From contig OX597824.1 of NCBI GenBank assembly GCA_951406725.2, forward strand, positions 51,026,001-51,090,000: a stretch of 64,000 bases of DNA, given 5' to 3'. Position 1 is the first letter of the stretch; each line of letters begins with the position of its first letter. A program made the translations under genes and the position numbers. Source of the stretch: Octopus vulgaris (taxonomy: Eukaryota). The notes below the pieces were generated by a model. The model made no database searches, was not told the origin of the DNA, and worked only from the letters and a program-made list of their open reading frames with translations. Below, piece after piece: positions 12,950 through 28,196 of the stretch.

Positions 12950-13760
12950 GAGACGTACGTAAACTGTGACAAGGAGAGCAGTAGAAGGGAAAAGTGTGAG
13001 AAGGTAGTGGGTGAAGACGTAAGGACAAGAAAAGAGGTGGGGGAGACAAGAGAAACCTAAAGAGAAGAATACAGGTGCGCGGAGAAGAGTACCGGTGTGA
13101 CGAGAAGGATGCGGGTGTAAAGAGAATGGAACAGGTGCGGAGAGAAGAGTACAGGTGTGAGGACAAGAGTACACACTTAAAGAGGAGGATACAGGTGTAA
13201 AGAGAAAAGTATTGGTATGGGGAGAAAAGTACAAGTATGAGAAGAAGAGAACAAATGTGAAAAAAATAGTACAGGTATGAGGATAAAAGTATAGGCGTGA
13301 AGAGAAGAGATGTGTACGGAGAAGAGTACAAGTGTGAGGAAAGGAGTACAGGTATGAGGAGAAGAATGTTGTTAGGAGAATATTACAAGTGTGAAAAGAA
13401 GAGTACAAACGTGAGGAGAACAGAGCAAGTATGAGAAGAAAAGTATTGATGTGAGGGGAAAGGTACAGATGAGAGGAGAAAAGAAGAGGTGTGGGGAGAA
13501 GAGTAATGATGAGAGAAAAGCGCAGGTATGAGGAGAAGTGTCCAAGTGTGAGGAGAAGAGTGTTGGTGTGAGAAGACTGTGGTCTGAAGTCTACTGGGTG
13601 AGGAAAGCTGAAGAAGTAGGGAATGTAGAAGAGTATAAGTATGATGAGTACTTGAAGGGGAAAGCTGAGAAGAGATAAGAAGAATGTGGAGTATGAAGCA
13701 GATAAGCTAGAGCACAGAAAATGGAGAGTAGTCGTAGGAAGAGGTGTGTGAGGATAGGGA
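12950..13760. repeat. Degenerate ~20-bp purine-rich minisatellite
   Basis: Unit approximately GGAGAAGAGTACAGGTGTGA, clearest at 13060-13620. Confidence 0.85.
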
Positions 13761-14388
13761 GTAATGAAAACAGCGAGAAAGAAGATAGCAAAAGTAGCTG
13801 GAGATGAGATGACATACAAAAAGTAAAAGAAAAATGGTTTAAAGGAGGAGTTCTGCGATGAGTTATAGCGAGTTCAGAGAAAATGAAATAGATAGGTGTG
13901 AAAAGAGAGAGAGAAGCAAAGCCAATGTAGTAAATACTCGATTTTATCCGATTGTGCAATGTCAGAATATCGGTACAGTTCATTGAGAGACAAGATAAAG
14001 CGCCGAACTAAATGCGTTGAAGGGATTACTTTCGCCCGTGTAGGCTCTCAGTTCACATAATCTCGTACAGGAGTCAATGAAATAATTACATCTCAATAGT
14101 AGGACTTAAATCAGTTAAACATAACATTGGTCTATCAAGTTTTGGATGGTTTCTATGCTCACCCACCATCATGATCGTCTTCACGGGGATCCCTATTTCA
14201 GTGATTATCATCGTAAGAGTCAGCTCGCTCTTTGGCATCTTGGTTATCGTTGTCGTGATCCATGACCTTTTCTTCGTCGTCCTCTTCCTTGTTATCAATA
14301 TAATCATCGTCGTCATGATCAACCGCTCCAACCGCCGCTAATGCAACCCCTACCAAATTCCTTTTCACTATTCACTATTAGTAGCAAC

Positions 14389-14529
<141 letters not shown>

Positions 14530-14604
14530 AGAGAGAGAGAGAGAGAGAGAATCAGACAGAGTGACAGACAGACAGGCAGATACATACTGTGTATATAAAT
14601 ATGG

Positions 14605-14884
14605 GGGTGCAGGTGTGGCTGTGTGGTAAGAAACTTGCTTCGGGGTTCAGCCTCACTGCGTAGCAACTTAAGCAAGAGTCTTCTCTATCGTCAGAAACTG
14701 AATGACGCCTGTTAATTTATGTATATGTATATATATATATCTATCAATGTGATTGCCTTTGTGTCTGTCTCCCACCACTGCTTGACAATCGCTGCTGGTG
14801 TGTTTAAATAGCCGTAACCTAGCGGTCCGGCAATCAACTTCGATAAAACAAGTACTGGGGTCGATACATTCGACTAAAAGTTCT
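14605..14884 (+). mobile_element. SINE family B, degenerate
   Basis: Head GGTGCAGG.GTGGCTGTGTGGTAAG; body GCTTGACAATCG..CGTAACCTAGCGG. Confidence 0.8.
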
Positions 14885-15306
14885 TCGTGTATGCTTGTGT
14901 GTGCGTGCGTGTGTGTGTATTCTGCATGTATGTATGCATACGTATTCCCTCACAATTTGTATCTAATTAATGTTTATTCATTAAACTTTTCGAGTCGTCT
15001 TTCCAGTCATTTTTAACATGATTAACATCCATCACTCTGGACGCAATTTCAAATATGAATGAGATGGCAGAAGAAAAGATAGAACCAAACCAACGTGTGA
15101 TATTTTTAAATAAAGACATACACAATATATATATTCTTTGCACAACTGTAGTGAAATACATCATGAGCTTTCTTCTGAAGTTCAGGATACAATCAGTGCA
15201 AATATTATCAAAGAAATATCGTACCAAAGAAAGTACCAACGTTGCAGCGTTAGTAAAACATATACATAAGCTACACACCAGTTATACATGTGTGTGTGTT
15301 TGTGTG

Positions 15307-15424
<118 letters not shown>

Positions 15425-15478
15425 GTTACCTACCTACCTACCTACCTACCTACCTACCTACCAAACTACCTACCTACC

Positions 15479-15563
<85 letters not shown>

Positions 15564-16350
15564 TTTATCTAATATATAAAAAAATTATATTTAATATAAC
15601 AAATTATATCATAAGAATCTGTACCATCCTAGGTAAGTAAAGCAAATTCAACGGTAATAACAACTAACGCAGACATTAATGTGAGAAACATATTTAACGG
15701 GGAAAAAAAGAGAGAACGTCTCTCATCTTCTGCCAATCAGACACCAACGTGATTTCATCACATAAAGTAGGACTACTACTTCAAGTGGTGTTAAGCAATC
15801 TTAGGAAATATAGTCTGACTTTTGGGGGAAATATATAAGTGAAACTTTTGTGTTCCCATTCTAAATTATAAACATGTAAATCTTAAACACAAATATATAA
15901 AACGAAATTAGAACGTTTCAATAATTAATAGTTACTAATAAGTTAACTCCCATAAATTAGGTACCAACATAAGAAGCATGTGTGACACATTAATGAATCA
16001 TAAATACTAACATAGCGAATGATAACTAAGGGCTGTAACTTATATAAATTTGTATTATCTATTTAAATTTTTATTAATAAATCATTAATAGAATACTTTG
16101 ATTAAAAAGGGCCAGATATTATTGCATTAAAATATAATAAAAGACCAAATAATCATTCAGAGCCAATTATCTTTCCAATTACCCGTTCGAGACTTTGCGA
16201 ATAAAACAATGACTAGACTTCGAACCTGCTAGCACTAAGGAAATTAAGGGAAGACTTACGTATTTTATGTTTATGCATATGCATGTGTGTGTATGCGTGC
16301 GTGTAGGTAGATAGGTATACAATTACACAGACACATATATATGTATGTAT

Positions 16351-16508
<158 letters not shown>

Positions 16509-16529
16509 TATGTATGTATGTATATATAT

Positions 16530-16795
16530 TCCTTTATCCTTTTACTTGTTTCAGTCATTTGACTGCGGCCATGCTCGAACATCGCCTTTAGTCGAGCAAA
16601 TCGACCCCAAGACTTATTCTTTGTAAGCCTAGCACTTATTCTATTGCTCGCTTTTGCCGAACTGCTAGATAACGGGGACGTAAACACAACAGCGTCGATT
16701 GTCAAGCGATGTTGGGGGTACAAACACAGACACACAAATATATACACACGCATGCATATATACATACATACATATATACATACAAACATATATAT

Positions 16796-16837
<42 letters not shown>

Positions 16838-17041
16838 ACGACACACACATACATATATATTATATATGCATATATATACGATGGGTTTCTTTCAGTTTCC
16901 GTCTACCAAATCCATCCACGGGGCTTTCGTCTGCCCGAGGCAATAGTAGAAGACACTTAACCAAGGTGCTACATAGTGGGACTGAACTCGGAACCATGTG
17001 GTTGGGAAGCAAGCTTCTTACCACACAGACACTCCTGCGCC
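16530..17041 (-). mobile_element. SINE family B, full length with internal microsatellite
   Basis: Head at 17041, tail at 16530, internal (TA)/(CA) tract 16725-16878. Confidence 0.9.
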
Positions 17042-17319
17042 TATATAGCTACAATGTATGTATGTATACAAATGTATGTATATAAATGTATGTATATAAA
17101 TGTATGTATATAAATGTATATTATATGAACAGTTAATGCTTATTACGGAATGCTGAGATATATTTTATTTATTGGAGGCTGAAATATATAATCACTAATC
17201 ATAAATGTGAGTTATACATTTTCGATCATATGTACGTAGGTATATGTATACCCATTCATGCATTTGCGCGTGTGTGAATATTTCAATATGTATGTTTGTA
17301 AGAAAATATGTTTAAACAC

Positions 17320-17406
<87 letters not shown>

Positions 17407-17663
17407 TATAAATATAAAAGGGAATTTACCACTATGTGAAAACCTTTATGCTAGAAGAAGATCCGCTATGGTCTTATTACTAAGAATTGTTCTCCAGAAA
17501 ATTTAGCAAATATATATATATATATATATTTACTCACACACACATTTATATACTTATACATATATATTGAGATATATATATATATACAAACATATAACTA
17601 TGTATAATATAAATATATATAAATATATATATAAATATATATATATATGCTTGTGTGTGTTTA

Positions 17664-17707
<44 letters not shown>

Positions 17708-17827
17708 AATATATATATGTGAGTGTATATATATAAGTATATATACATATGTATATATGTATATATGTCCTATATATACATAGGAATATACATATGTGTG
17801 TGTATATATATATGTATATGTATGTGT

Positions 17828-17858
<31 letters not shown>

Positions 17859-18329
17859 CGCTTGTATATACACATGTATATATATATGTATATGTATATA
17901 TACATACCTATATATGTGTAGATGTATGCATCAATAATCGCTGTATTCGTGTGTACGTATGCATGTATGTATGGATGAATGTATATATATAAGTACGCAT
18001 CCATGATTTGTTGCATACACACACACACACCTATATATGGATGGATGGATGGATGTATATGTTTATATTTATCTGTGTCGCTCCCTCATATGTGTTTCCA
18101 ATCGATTAGATATTTCACCATCAACTGCAACACAAAAGGCATTTAACCGCCATTAAAGCGACTATCACGGAAGCGCAGGTCAGTGTGGCGGGCACACGGG
18201 TCTAAAGCGAACGGTTTATATAATCTGTCCCGAGAGAATCAACCTCACTCAATCTCGCTTTTCTAAAGCATTGATGTCAAAAAGATCTTTGTAGTAGTAG
18301 TTGTTGTTGATGTTGTTTTTGTAGTAGTT

Positions 18330-18375
<46 letters not shown>

Positions 18376-18943
18376 CAGCAGCAGCAGTTGTTGTTTTTGT
18401 TGTCCTCATTGTTGTTGTGGTTGCATTTATAAAACTCATTTTTGTTCTCTTTTTCAACCAACTTGCATATGTACATTTTAGTATCGACTTCGTCTGCACA
18501 TCGTCCGATGCACAGTCATACGTATGGTTAATGTTCCGTGGAGCTACAGCTCTCTCTAAGTGTAGTCCGGACATATCTACGTATGTATGTATATATGTAT
18601 GAATGAATGAACGTATGTATATATGTATGCAAAAATATATGCTTGTTTGTGTGTATATATACATATACAAATATATTCACACATACGTACATAAACGTAA
18701 AATGTAACACATAACAATAAATATATGTAATATATATATATGTGTGTGTGTGTATGTGTGTGTGTGTATGTATGCATGTATGTATGTATATGTATGTAAG
18801 TATATGTACATATATATTTCTACATATGTGTATATGTATACATATATATGCATATATGTGTGTGTGTGTGTATGCTCATGCACACGCACACACATACATG
18901 CATACATACAAATACACGGTGCTACAACGATCGAAGCCTGTAC

Positions 18944-19010
<67 letters not shown>

Positions 19011-19545
19011 ACTATCGTTCCATCTTTGCCACTTCTTATTTATCTTTTATTTGCCTTGTCTCTTTGTCATCGGTGAAAACTAACATTTGTAATGTATTTG
19101 CATGGGGGAGGGGGGAAATATCGATGCATGCAAACTTGTACAGCCTTGCCCTGTTGTATATGGAAGTGTTCTTTATGTTACTGTTTACCCTGGAGAGTAG
19201 CAAGGACTCGTAAGCCAAGTAACATTACCAGTCAGACTAGGGGAAGGTCGGGTTAAACAACTCTCGGCCTTTTCTCCTTACCAAGTAAAAAGAAGAAAGT
19301 AAGAGCCGAGCGATTAGGTTTAAATGAAAAGAAAAAAGAAATAGAAAATAGAAAATATCAAAAAGTTGATGATGATTATGGTGATGATCATGATGATGAT
19401 CAATGATGATGGTGATGGTGGTCTTGGTGGTGGTGGTGGTGGTGGTGATGATGATGATTGTGAATATATGATCCCAATCACCACTAATTGACTACTGAAA
19501 ACATTACGTTCAATTCAAATGGTAGCACCTTAGTAGATACGTTAT

Positions 19546-19584
<39 letters not shown>

Positions 19585-19622
19585 AACACACACACACACA
19601 CACACGCAAACACGTATATAAG

Positions 19623-19667
<45 letters not shown>

Positions 19668-19801
19668 ATGTGTGTGTGTGTATAGACAGATACATGTGTA
19701 TTTGTGTGTACGTATATTCATGTATATCTCTGTGTGTGTACATATACATACATATATTTAAATAAACATATATACGTGCATGCATACATATATGCATATG
19801 C

Positions 19802-19835
<34 letters not shown>

Positions 19836-19874
19836 AAGAATATCTATCTATCTATTTATCTCTCTCTCTCTCTC

Positions 19875-19924
<50 letters not shown>

Positions 19925-20254
19925 AATAAAGTATAAATATGTATTTATACCCACACACACACATACTCAAACATTTAGTCATTCAGTTTGGGTAGGTGAT
20001 CATGGTAAGGTATCTTCTCGCTTCTATTCTGTTTGGAAAGGTCAATAAACCAAATCAGTGATTGGTCGACAGAGCTCATCAGGAAATGTCAAGCAGTTGG
20101 CTTTACATTTCACACTAGTACAGCCGATAGATAAATATTTATCCTCTTCTACTACTTTCACTCACGCTCGAGCACTTCCTACACCCATAGACATAAACAC
20201 CCACAGATTCACGCAACACGCATTCGCAATGCACACGCACACACACATATATGC

Positions 20255-20291
<37 letters not shown>

Positions 20292-20365
20292 CATGTATAT
20301 ATATGTATATATGCATGTATGTATATATATACATATATATATACATATATATATAAGTGTATATA

Positions 20366-20429
<64 letters not shown>

Positions 20430-20443
20430 CAGACTAAGGATGC

Positions 20444-20484
<41 letters not shown>

Positions 20485-21011
20485 GAGAGAGAGAAAGAGA
20501 TGGAGAGACAGAGGCTGAGAGAAGGGTGAGAGAGAGAGAGTCAGGAACAGATTTCACTCTTTGTCCATCTGTTTTTGTTTTTTTTTAATTCGGTGTTGAG
20601 CAAAACCAATCGATGCCTGCACCCGAATGTACAGTAACGGACTTGCTTAATAGATACGCCAGAAAGCCACTGTTCTTATAATTAAGGAGACTCAAAAGAT
20701 TAAAATAAAACCCGGTAAGTGTTGTTTTATGTCTATAATAGATAGTATTTTCACAACGACAAACATCATTAATGGACAAGTACAGTATTTGAAGAGAGAA
20801 ATCAATTGTAAGAGCTGATCATATACTGTATTACTGCATACTGTGGCACTGTGGGTTGGAAGGAGGGCGACGCTGAGACATAAAGAGATAGAGGAAAAGT
20901 TATAGAAAGAAAGAGAGCGAATGAATGATAGGAGGGTGGTAGGTAAAAATACGTAAGTACACACATACATACACATATATACATATACACACACATATGT
21001 AGGTATACATG

Positions 21012-21070
<59 letters not shown>

Positions 21071-21587
21071 CTACAGAAATATAATAAAAGCTGTTATATA
21101 TATATATATATATATAAATATATATTCTAAATGAAAAATGTATGGTAAATAAACAAACACGACATAACGTATACTGAATGTAAAAGCGAACAGGAGACAA
21201 ATAGAAGGTCCATAATTCTTCATCAGTTAGCGACCAATTAGATATATTCAGTTTCGCACCTTTAACGATAAGACTAAATGCTTCCCAATTGGCGGTGCCT
21301 GCAAAAAATGTTTTCTTATGGTGAATTAGAGATGAGAGCAAACAAAACAAGATAAAGCAAACAAAACAACAAAGCGTATGATTTAGGACGGTGGACAAGG
21401 ACGAACAGTCGAAGTAAATACGGCTTTGGGGCCAAGGAGACGAGTACAGTGGGTAATGTCTTGAAGGCTGGAGAGCGGAGAGACCGAGAATTTGCGACTG
21501 GTCAGCTACAGGACCAGTGTAAGAAAGGAAGGAAAAGGGGAACTGGCTACGATTCACGCAACAGCAATAAGCAGAAGAGAAAGAGAC

Positions 21588-21645
<58 letters not shown>

Positions 21646-24047
21646 AAAGAGAGAGCGACAGAGAAAAAAGGAAAGAGATGAAGAGAAGGGAGAAAGGCTA
21701 AGAATACAAGAGGGAGAGAGAGAAAAAGAGTTGGTAGAATAGAAGTGAGAGGGCGAGAGGAAGAAGAGGGGAAAGAGTGAAGGCAAGAGAAAAAGAGAGA
21801 GAGAGAGAGATTCACACAATACTTTTATTCTTTGACTGCAATGACGCTGGGGCATCTTGTCAAATGTCTCAATCTATAATATCGATCTACCTGCTTATTT
21901 GGGAATTATTTTCTCAATTTCTCTTTATTGAATGTCAAAGTCCGCCATTGATGTAAATGGATGTAACTCAACAAGCCCCATTGTTTGAGACCTCTAACTT
22001 AAACTAATATAGACATGCCATAGGCAAATATACATTGATCTAGGTATACATAAGGTTATGCAGGTACAGGCACACACACATTCCTTCCCCCCCCCACACC
22101 CCCGAAACATACACAGTCATAGGAAACGGAGGGAAATTTTTGGCAAGCATTAATATCGAAAATGGAACTGTGTTTGCGAAATGAGTTCTTAACCCAACCA
22201 ACTCACACACACACACCCACACATACACATACACACACTCACACATACACACACACACATACACACACTCACACATACACACACACACATACACACACAC
22301 AAAACACGCTCACAAATACAAACATACACTCACACAAATACGCACGCGTTATCTAACCACGTCTACTGCATAATTACTCCACCCATCTCTACTCGCTGTC
22401 ATTGTCTTGAGTTCTGTTCATGGTTGATATTGAGAACATTGCAAGCAGTTCAGACATCTTTAGTTTCTTTTTCTATCTATCGTACATTGAAGACAGAGCT
22501 TAGGAAGATCACGCGTACTCGTAAAAAGCTTGATGTTGCCATGTATTCTTAAGGAGTTACTTTTAACCTTTTATATTGGTTTCAGTTGCACTACTTCTGA
22601 TAGATATTTCGAGTTTTAACCGTCTATCATGTGTTTATCTGTAAAAACATCTCACGTCATGATTTTGAAAAACTGAAGAAATTTTTGTTTTTATCAGACG
22701 AAGTGAAATTATTCAGTTGAGAAGCAGAGAAGAGATTTATCCATCAATGATCAGAAATAGCTACACTAAAAGGAGATTGAATACTCGCAACTAGGACTGA
22801 ACTCTAAGGGAGAAAATCAAAACGAAAAAATAATTATATCAGAAGAAAAGCTGAAAAAGCATTTTGTTTCTGGTGTGAGCTCAGGGATGTTTTGAGGACA
22901 TACCTCGCTTTCTTTTTTAAAGAAAGTATCCATGGGAAAAATTTTTCTTATAAAGTACTACATTAATTGTAAGCTGTTCAGAAGAAAAATGGTATTCCAC
23001 ACTGGATACATTCTTTTAAAAAACTACCCAAGAAACTTCTACTTTTGCTGTTTATTTTCAATAACTGAAGATCCTGGAAAAGAAAGTGTTTCTGAAAAAC
23101 TTGGAAGAGATGCCTTATCTGTTCTTCCCTCCCAACATACAGCTATTTTTCATTTTGGATAAACATCCTGCTGAAGGTAAACCAGAAATTGTGTGATTTT
23201 TCAGTTGTCAATTTATAAGTAGTTTTTAAACTTTATTATTTGCTTATTTGGGCGCAAGTAAGTTATGTTAAATTTTTTCCTTTTGTTCAAATATCACACA
23301 GTCTGAAGCTGACAATGTGAATTATTAAATTAATGTATAATTAATTATCAATTAATGCGTAATTATATTTTTTTAACTTCAGAGGTTTTTTTAAAATGAT
23401 AATTATCATAAATAGTATTTTAATTCATAAATATTTATCATAACATCCATCAACTTTATATTTTCGTAAAAGAAATCTTTAAAATAATCTGCGTGTTTGT
23501 CTTATTTAATTGTTTCTTGTATGTGTGTGTATGTGTGTGTGTGCGTGCGTGTGTGTACGTATATTTGTATATATAAATGTGTAGATATATGTGTGTGTGT
23601 GTGTATTCTTTTTAGGGGCGGTGGACCTCGTAGCAGACAAAGCTATAAGTAATAGCACGTAAATACTGGGTTGGAAACCCCTTGGACAGAAACTTTAGAA
23701 AGCATTTGGGGAGATATGATATTCAAGACATTACAGCTACCATTAAAACCGAAGCACGATTTATTGATAATTTGATGCTTAAGAACACAATCCATAATGT
23801 ATCAATATATTAAATGTGCATATCAATACCATACAAAAGCTGGCCGACGCTAATTGTTTAACACGATCCTATCAAAGGGAGAACGGAATAACCTAACACA
23901 TCTATAATGATCACAAGTGAATTTATTCATCGTTATTTCATGAATTCTTTTGAGAGTTAAACTATTAAAATATAAAGAGGTTTTTCGTGATCAGCGTTTT
24001 GTTTCCTTTATTTCCAACTGACATTGTAGTGGCTCTCTGTCCGGTTT

Positions 24048-24095
24048 CTGTTACTGAAGAGGAGTTAACCGCTCCGAAATGCTTGCATCTCACAG
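24048..24095 (+). ncRNA. Type I hammerhead ribozyme, canonical core
   Basis: CTGTTA-CTGAAGA-GGAG ttaaccg CTCC-GAAA-TGCTTGCA-TC-TCACAG; one mismatch in stem I; predicted AUC site. Confidence 0.8.
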
Positions 24096-24370
24096 TCTGG
24101 ATAGGGGACAAGCTGATTTTGGTGCATTTACATCATTTATCTACAGCAAGAAACTTTCTACATGACAAAACGCTGTGAATGGCTTTCTTACGGTTTTGAA
24201 TATGCCCCAAGCATATTTGAACTGGTAAAAACCTTGTATTTATACACATCACAGCTTAGCGCTGCCGCCTCGTAACTTTAACTCTGTTTTATTATCCGTT
24301 AGTAAACTTCTCGAATACACATGAGTGTGTGCATTTGTGAGTGAGTAAGTGTGAGTGTGTGTGTGTGTGT

Positions 24371-24417
<47 letters not shown>

Positions 24418-24496
24418 CGAGAAATAATCGTTTAACACGTGTAAATGCATGTGTCGTTATGTTTAAAGTAACATCTTCAATATTGATATAAGATCC

Positions 24497-24920
24497 AGGA
24501 AGCTAGCTTTCCAACCACATGGTTTCTGATTCAGTTCCACTGCATGGTACCTAGGTCAAATGTCTTCTACCATAGCCTCAGGCTGACCAACATCTTGTGA
24601 ATGGACTTGGTAGGATACTGAAAGAAGCCCGTCGTACATACATGTATGTATGTATGTATGTATTTATGTATGTATGTATTTGTGTGTGTGTCTATTCAGT
24701 GTTTGTCCCCCCCCCCCATCACCGCTTGACGACCAGTGTTGGTGGGTTTACGTCCCTGTAACTTAGCGGTTCGGCAGAGACCGATAGAATAAGTACTAGG
24801 CTTTAGAAAATAAGTCATGGGGGATGGCGATTTGTTCAACTAAAAACCATTCAATGCGGTGCTCCAGCATGGCTGCAGTCATAGGATTGAAACAAGTAAA
24901 AGAATAAAAGAATAAAAGAA
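24497..24920 (+). mobile_element. SINE family B
   Basis: Family consensus with internal (TATG)n and a TAAAAGAA tail. Confidence 0.88.
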
Positions 24921-26212
24921 TGCACGAAGACACCTTACTAACCCGATATTACTTCTCAGTCTCGGTTTTTTTATCTTCGGAAACGGGTTTTTCTTTCTAA
25001 TTTCTCGATTCCTACAATTGTGTTGTTTACTGAGGTGTTATGTTGCCCCAAATTAACTGAAAGAGCAAACCTATGATTAGAAAGCTTGACTATTCTGTCA
25101 GTACGGTCATTGGCATGATCCCACTTCCAACCACGCTATCATTTATAGTAGCGCCATCATACGCACCCCCACCAACACCACGACCACAACCACAATTAAT
25201 ACAACCATTTCCATCGACATCATCAATAACACCACCACCGTCATCACAAACATTCACTCGAACACCAACACTAACATCAATACTATCACAGCCATCAATA
25301 CCACCACTACCAAGAACATTGTCTCCATCCCCCAACCCACCACCACCACCACCATCTTCATATGCACCACTACCAAAACTGCCATCACAAATACCATCCA
25401 ACACCACCACTACCACTATCTCATGCTTTACCACCAACAGCATCACCACATTTACTCTTAACACCATCGCTGTCTTCAATAACACCCTCAATACCACGAC
25501 TCATGTAACGTTCTGTTCTCCGTCCACTCATCTCTACCCTTACTCCTCTCCTCATCAAAAAAGTATCCGGTCTGACGCAGCCTACTTTTCTCCCCATTGA
25601 CAATTTTTCAGCTGCTGGTTGCTGTTCTTCACAAGAGCTTCTATTCTCTAATTTGCATATCCTCGACCAAACAAATTTATGTATCTTTATTGGCCTCTTG
25701 CAGTTTCTTTATTTTCATTCTTTTTGATAGGTCACAAACCACGTGGAAATTTGAAAAGAATAAACATTTGCCAATGCGGCATGAAGTGGCAACGCTTGTA
25801 AAATTAATTTTTATTTCAATTTATATGTTCATTGTGGTTAAGTAGAGTGGAAGAAGAGATAATTCTATGGAAATTTGTTGCCTAGAGAAGATATACTTTC
25901 CACCAGATTTTAACCTCTCGGCTAGTTAAGAGAATTTTCTAATTACTTGAAATAGTCTCTAACCTAAAGATAACTTCACTAGTTAACCCTTCGCGTGTCG
26001 AAAGCATTATCATAAGTTTGTTCTAAACGTCCATACTTGTTTTTAGACTTGTTTTTAGACCTCGTTTCATACAAGTTGCTTTGGCGATTGATAAAACTGG
26101 GAACGTGTGACGTATATGATGCATGAATGCCAGATATCTATGTCCTGTGTATCACTGGTGAACAAAAAGAACAAGAATACGATACGGGAATGACAAGACA
26201 GAGCAAATATTC

Positions 26213-26600
26213 TTTTCTTCTCTAAGCACAAGGCCTGAAATTTTGGGGGCAGAGGTGGGGCAATCGATTATATCGACCCTAGTACGCAACTGGTACTTAA
26301 TTTATCGACCCCGAAAGGATGAAAGGCAAAGTCGACCTCGGCGGAATTTGAACTCAGAACATAAAAACAGACGAAATACCTAGTTCTTTACTACCCACAA
26401 GGGGTTAAACACAGAGAGGACAAACAAGGACAGACAAACGGATTAATTCGATTAGATCGACCCCAGTGCGTAACTGGTACTTATTTAATCGATCCCGAAA
26501 GGATGAAAGGCAAAGTCGACCTCGGCGGAATTTGAACTCAGAACGTAGCAGCAGACGAAATACCGCTAAGAATTTCGCCCGGGGTGCTAACGTTTCTGTC
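26213..26600 (-). mobile_element. Dimeric SINE family A
   Basis: Two tandem CCCGAAAGGATGAAAGGCAAAGTCGACCTCGGCGGAATTTGAACTCAGAAC units. Confidence 0.88.
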
Positions 26601-26689
26601 AGAAAATATTGTACTAATTTAAAACTTAAAGGAAGAGGAAAAGGTGTAACCTTTCGGACATTAGCCCTTCATCAAGATAAGCAAAGGAT

Positions 26690-27085
26690 CAAGATAATTT
26701 TTCGCCTGGCTAAAATTATTTCTCGACCAGCAATGATGTTTTTTTCGGCTATCTAAGCTATTTTATCATCTAGTTAAAGTAATGTTTTAGCTATCTGTGA
26801 TATCGGCTAGTTAAAGATTATTCTACAATGAGCAAAGATGAATTATAGTTTGACTGAAGAGAGTGTGCTAGCATAATTTCTTACCTAAGGTACTGTTTCA
26901 CGAAGCTAAAATAATACCTCGGCTAGCTAAATTATCTTCATCAGTTAATGATATTTTTATCGAGTTGCTACGATAACCACTTTAAACGTTTCAACCAGTT
27001 AATTTAATTTCTCGGCTAGCTGAGATAAATTCCTAACTAATTAAATATATTTATCGACGGGCAACGAGAGTTTATCTACTAACAT
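26690..27085. repeat. Degenerate ~21-bp tandem repeat (also near 25860-25985)
   Basis: Recurring TTTT(C/A)TCGGCTAG(C/T)TAA(A/G)AT motif. Confidence 0.6.
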
Positions 27086-27954
27086 TTAGTTTTCTCTTCA
27101 GTCTTTATTTAAACCAATAATTTTTTTTTTAAATGGTGAAACGTGACTCAAACGTGTTCACGTTTACTTGTACTGGACTAACAAAACAAAACAAAAAAGT
27201 CTCAAGGTCTGCAAGGGAAGAGTTTAGTCCCTTGTTAACTACTACATCGACTTACCTTTGAATTTGATTCGTCGTAATTTAATTACCGTAGCTGCAAAGT
27301 AATCCGCAAGGTAGCTTTGAATAAGGAGGAAAGATCAGTGATTTGCGGTACATGATAAGCAAACTGGGATTCGATTGACTCCAGCTGAGTAAACTGAACG
27401 ACGAGGGCGGATGTTGAAATACCCGAAATCACTTAAAACATCAAGGATGATACATCCCAGAGAGTCTGTAAGTTGTATCTTGGAACAAAGCATAGATCTA
27501 TGTAAAGGCATGGGACATAGTAAAACTGAAGGTCAAAATATACCTTCGTTCACTGCATTTAAGATATATATACCATTTATGTTTAACCAATAAAAACTAT
27601 TAATTTAGAAGTAGATCATTTAATTACACTGAGCGAGGTCTACTGACGTTTTCAACTTTTAGGGGTCGAAGAAACACTATAAGAATTATAACCAAACTCC
27701 CGTAGCCAATTGTACTAAAAAGATCCAAGGCGAAGACGAGCGCAATTACATTTTCAAGCTGCCCATCTGTAACGCCTCAAACACATTGAAATACGCCCTC
27801 AGGCTACAGCCTCAACGAAACCCCAATGTAATAGACATCCAATTTAATACTCTTTTTCTTCTTGCGTTTTATTGGTTTCCATTGTGACCTTCCTCATATA
27901 TTAATCGCACATTTTCACTCCCTCTATCTGTCTCTCTGACTGACTCTCTCTCTC

Positions 27955-27991
<37 letters not shown>

Positions 27992-28055
27992 ATCCATACT
28001 CACTCTCACGCACAAACACACAGAAACACAGAAAAACATAAACGCACGCTCACGT

Positions 28056-28196
<141 letters not shown>

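Noticed and set aside
12950-13760. CRISPR-like regular repeat
   Set aside because: Contiguous degenerate tandem units with no unique spacers, in eukaryotic context with no cas genes.
14180-14350. Acidic minus-strand frame [27 protein letters not shown]..
   Set aside because: Could be an exon but is equally explained by decayed (GAT/GAC)n; no partner exons seen.
21185-21235. Minus-strand CTGATGA (and plus-strand CTGACGA near 12488)
   Set aside because: No downstream GAAA or stem architecture; chance matches.
25073-25600. Pro/Thr-rich 175-aa ORF
   Set aside because: Degenerate (ACC)/(CAT) trinucleotide low-complexity sequence, with no splice or homology support.
26643-26680. Minus-strand TTGATGA-A-GGGC taat GTCC-GAAA-GG-TT hammerhead-like remnant
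   Set aside because: No stem I pairing; counted only as a decayed candidate and not annotated as a feature.
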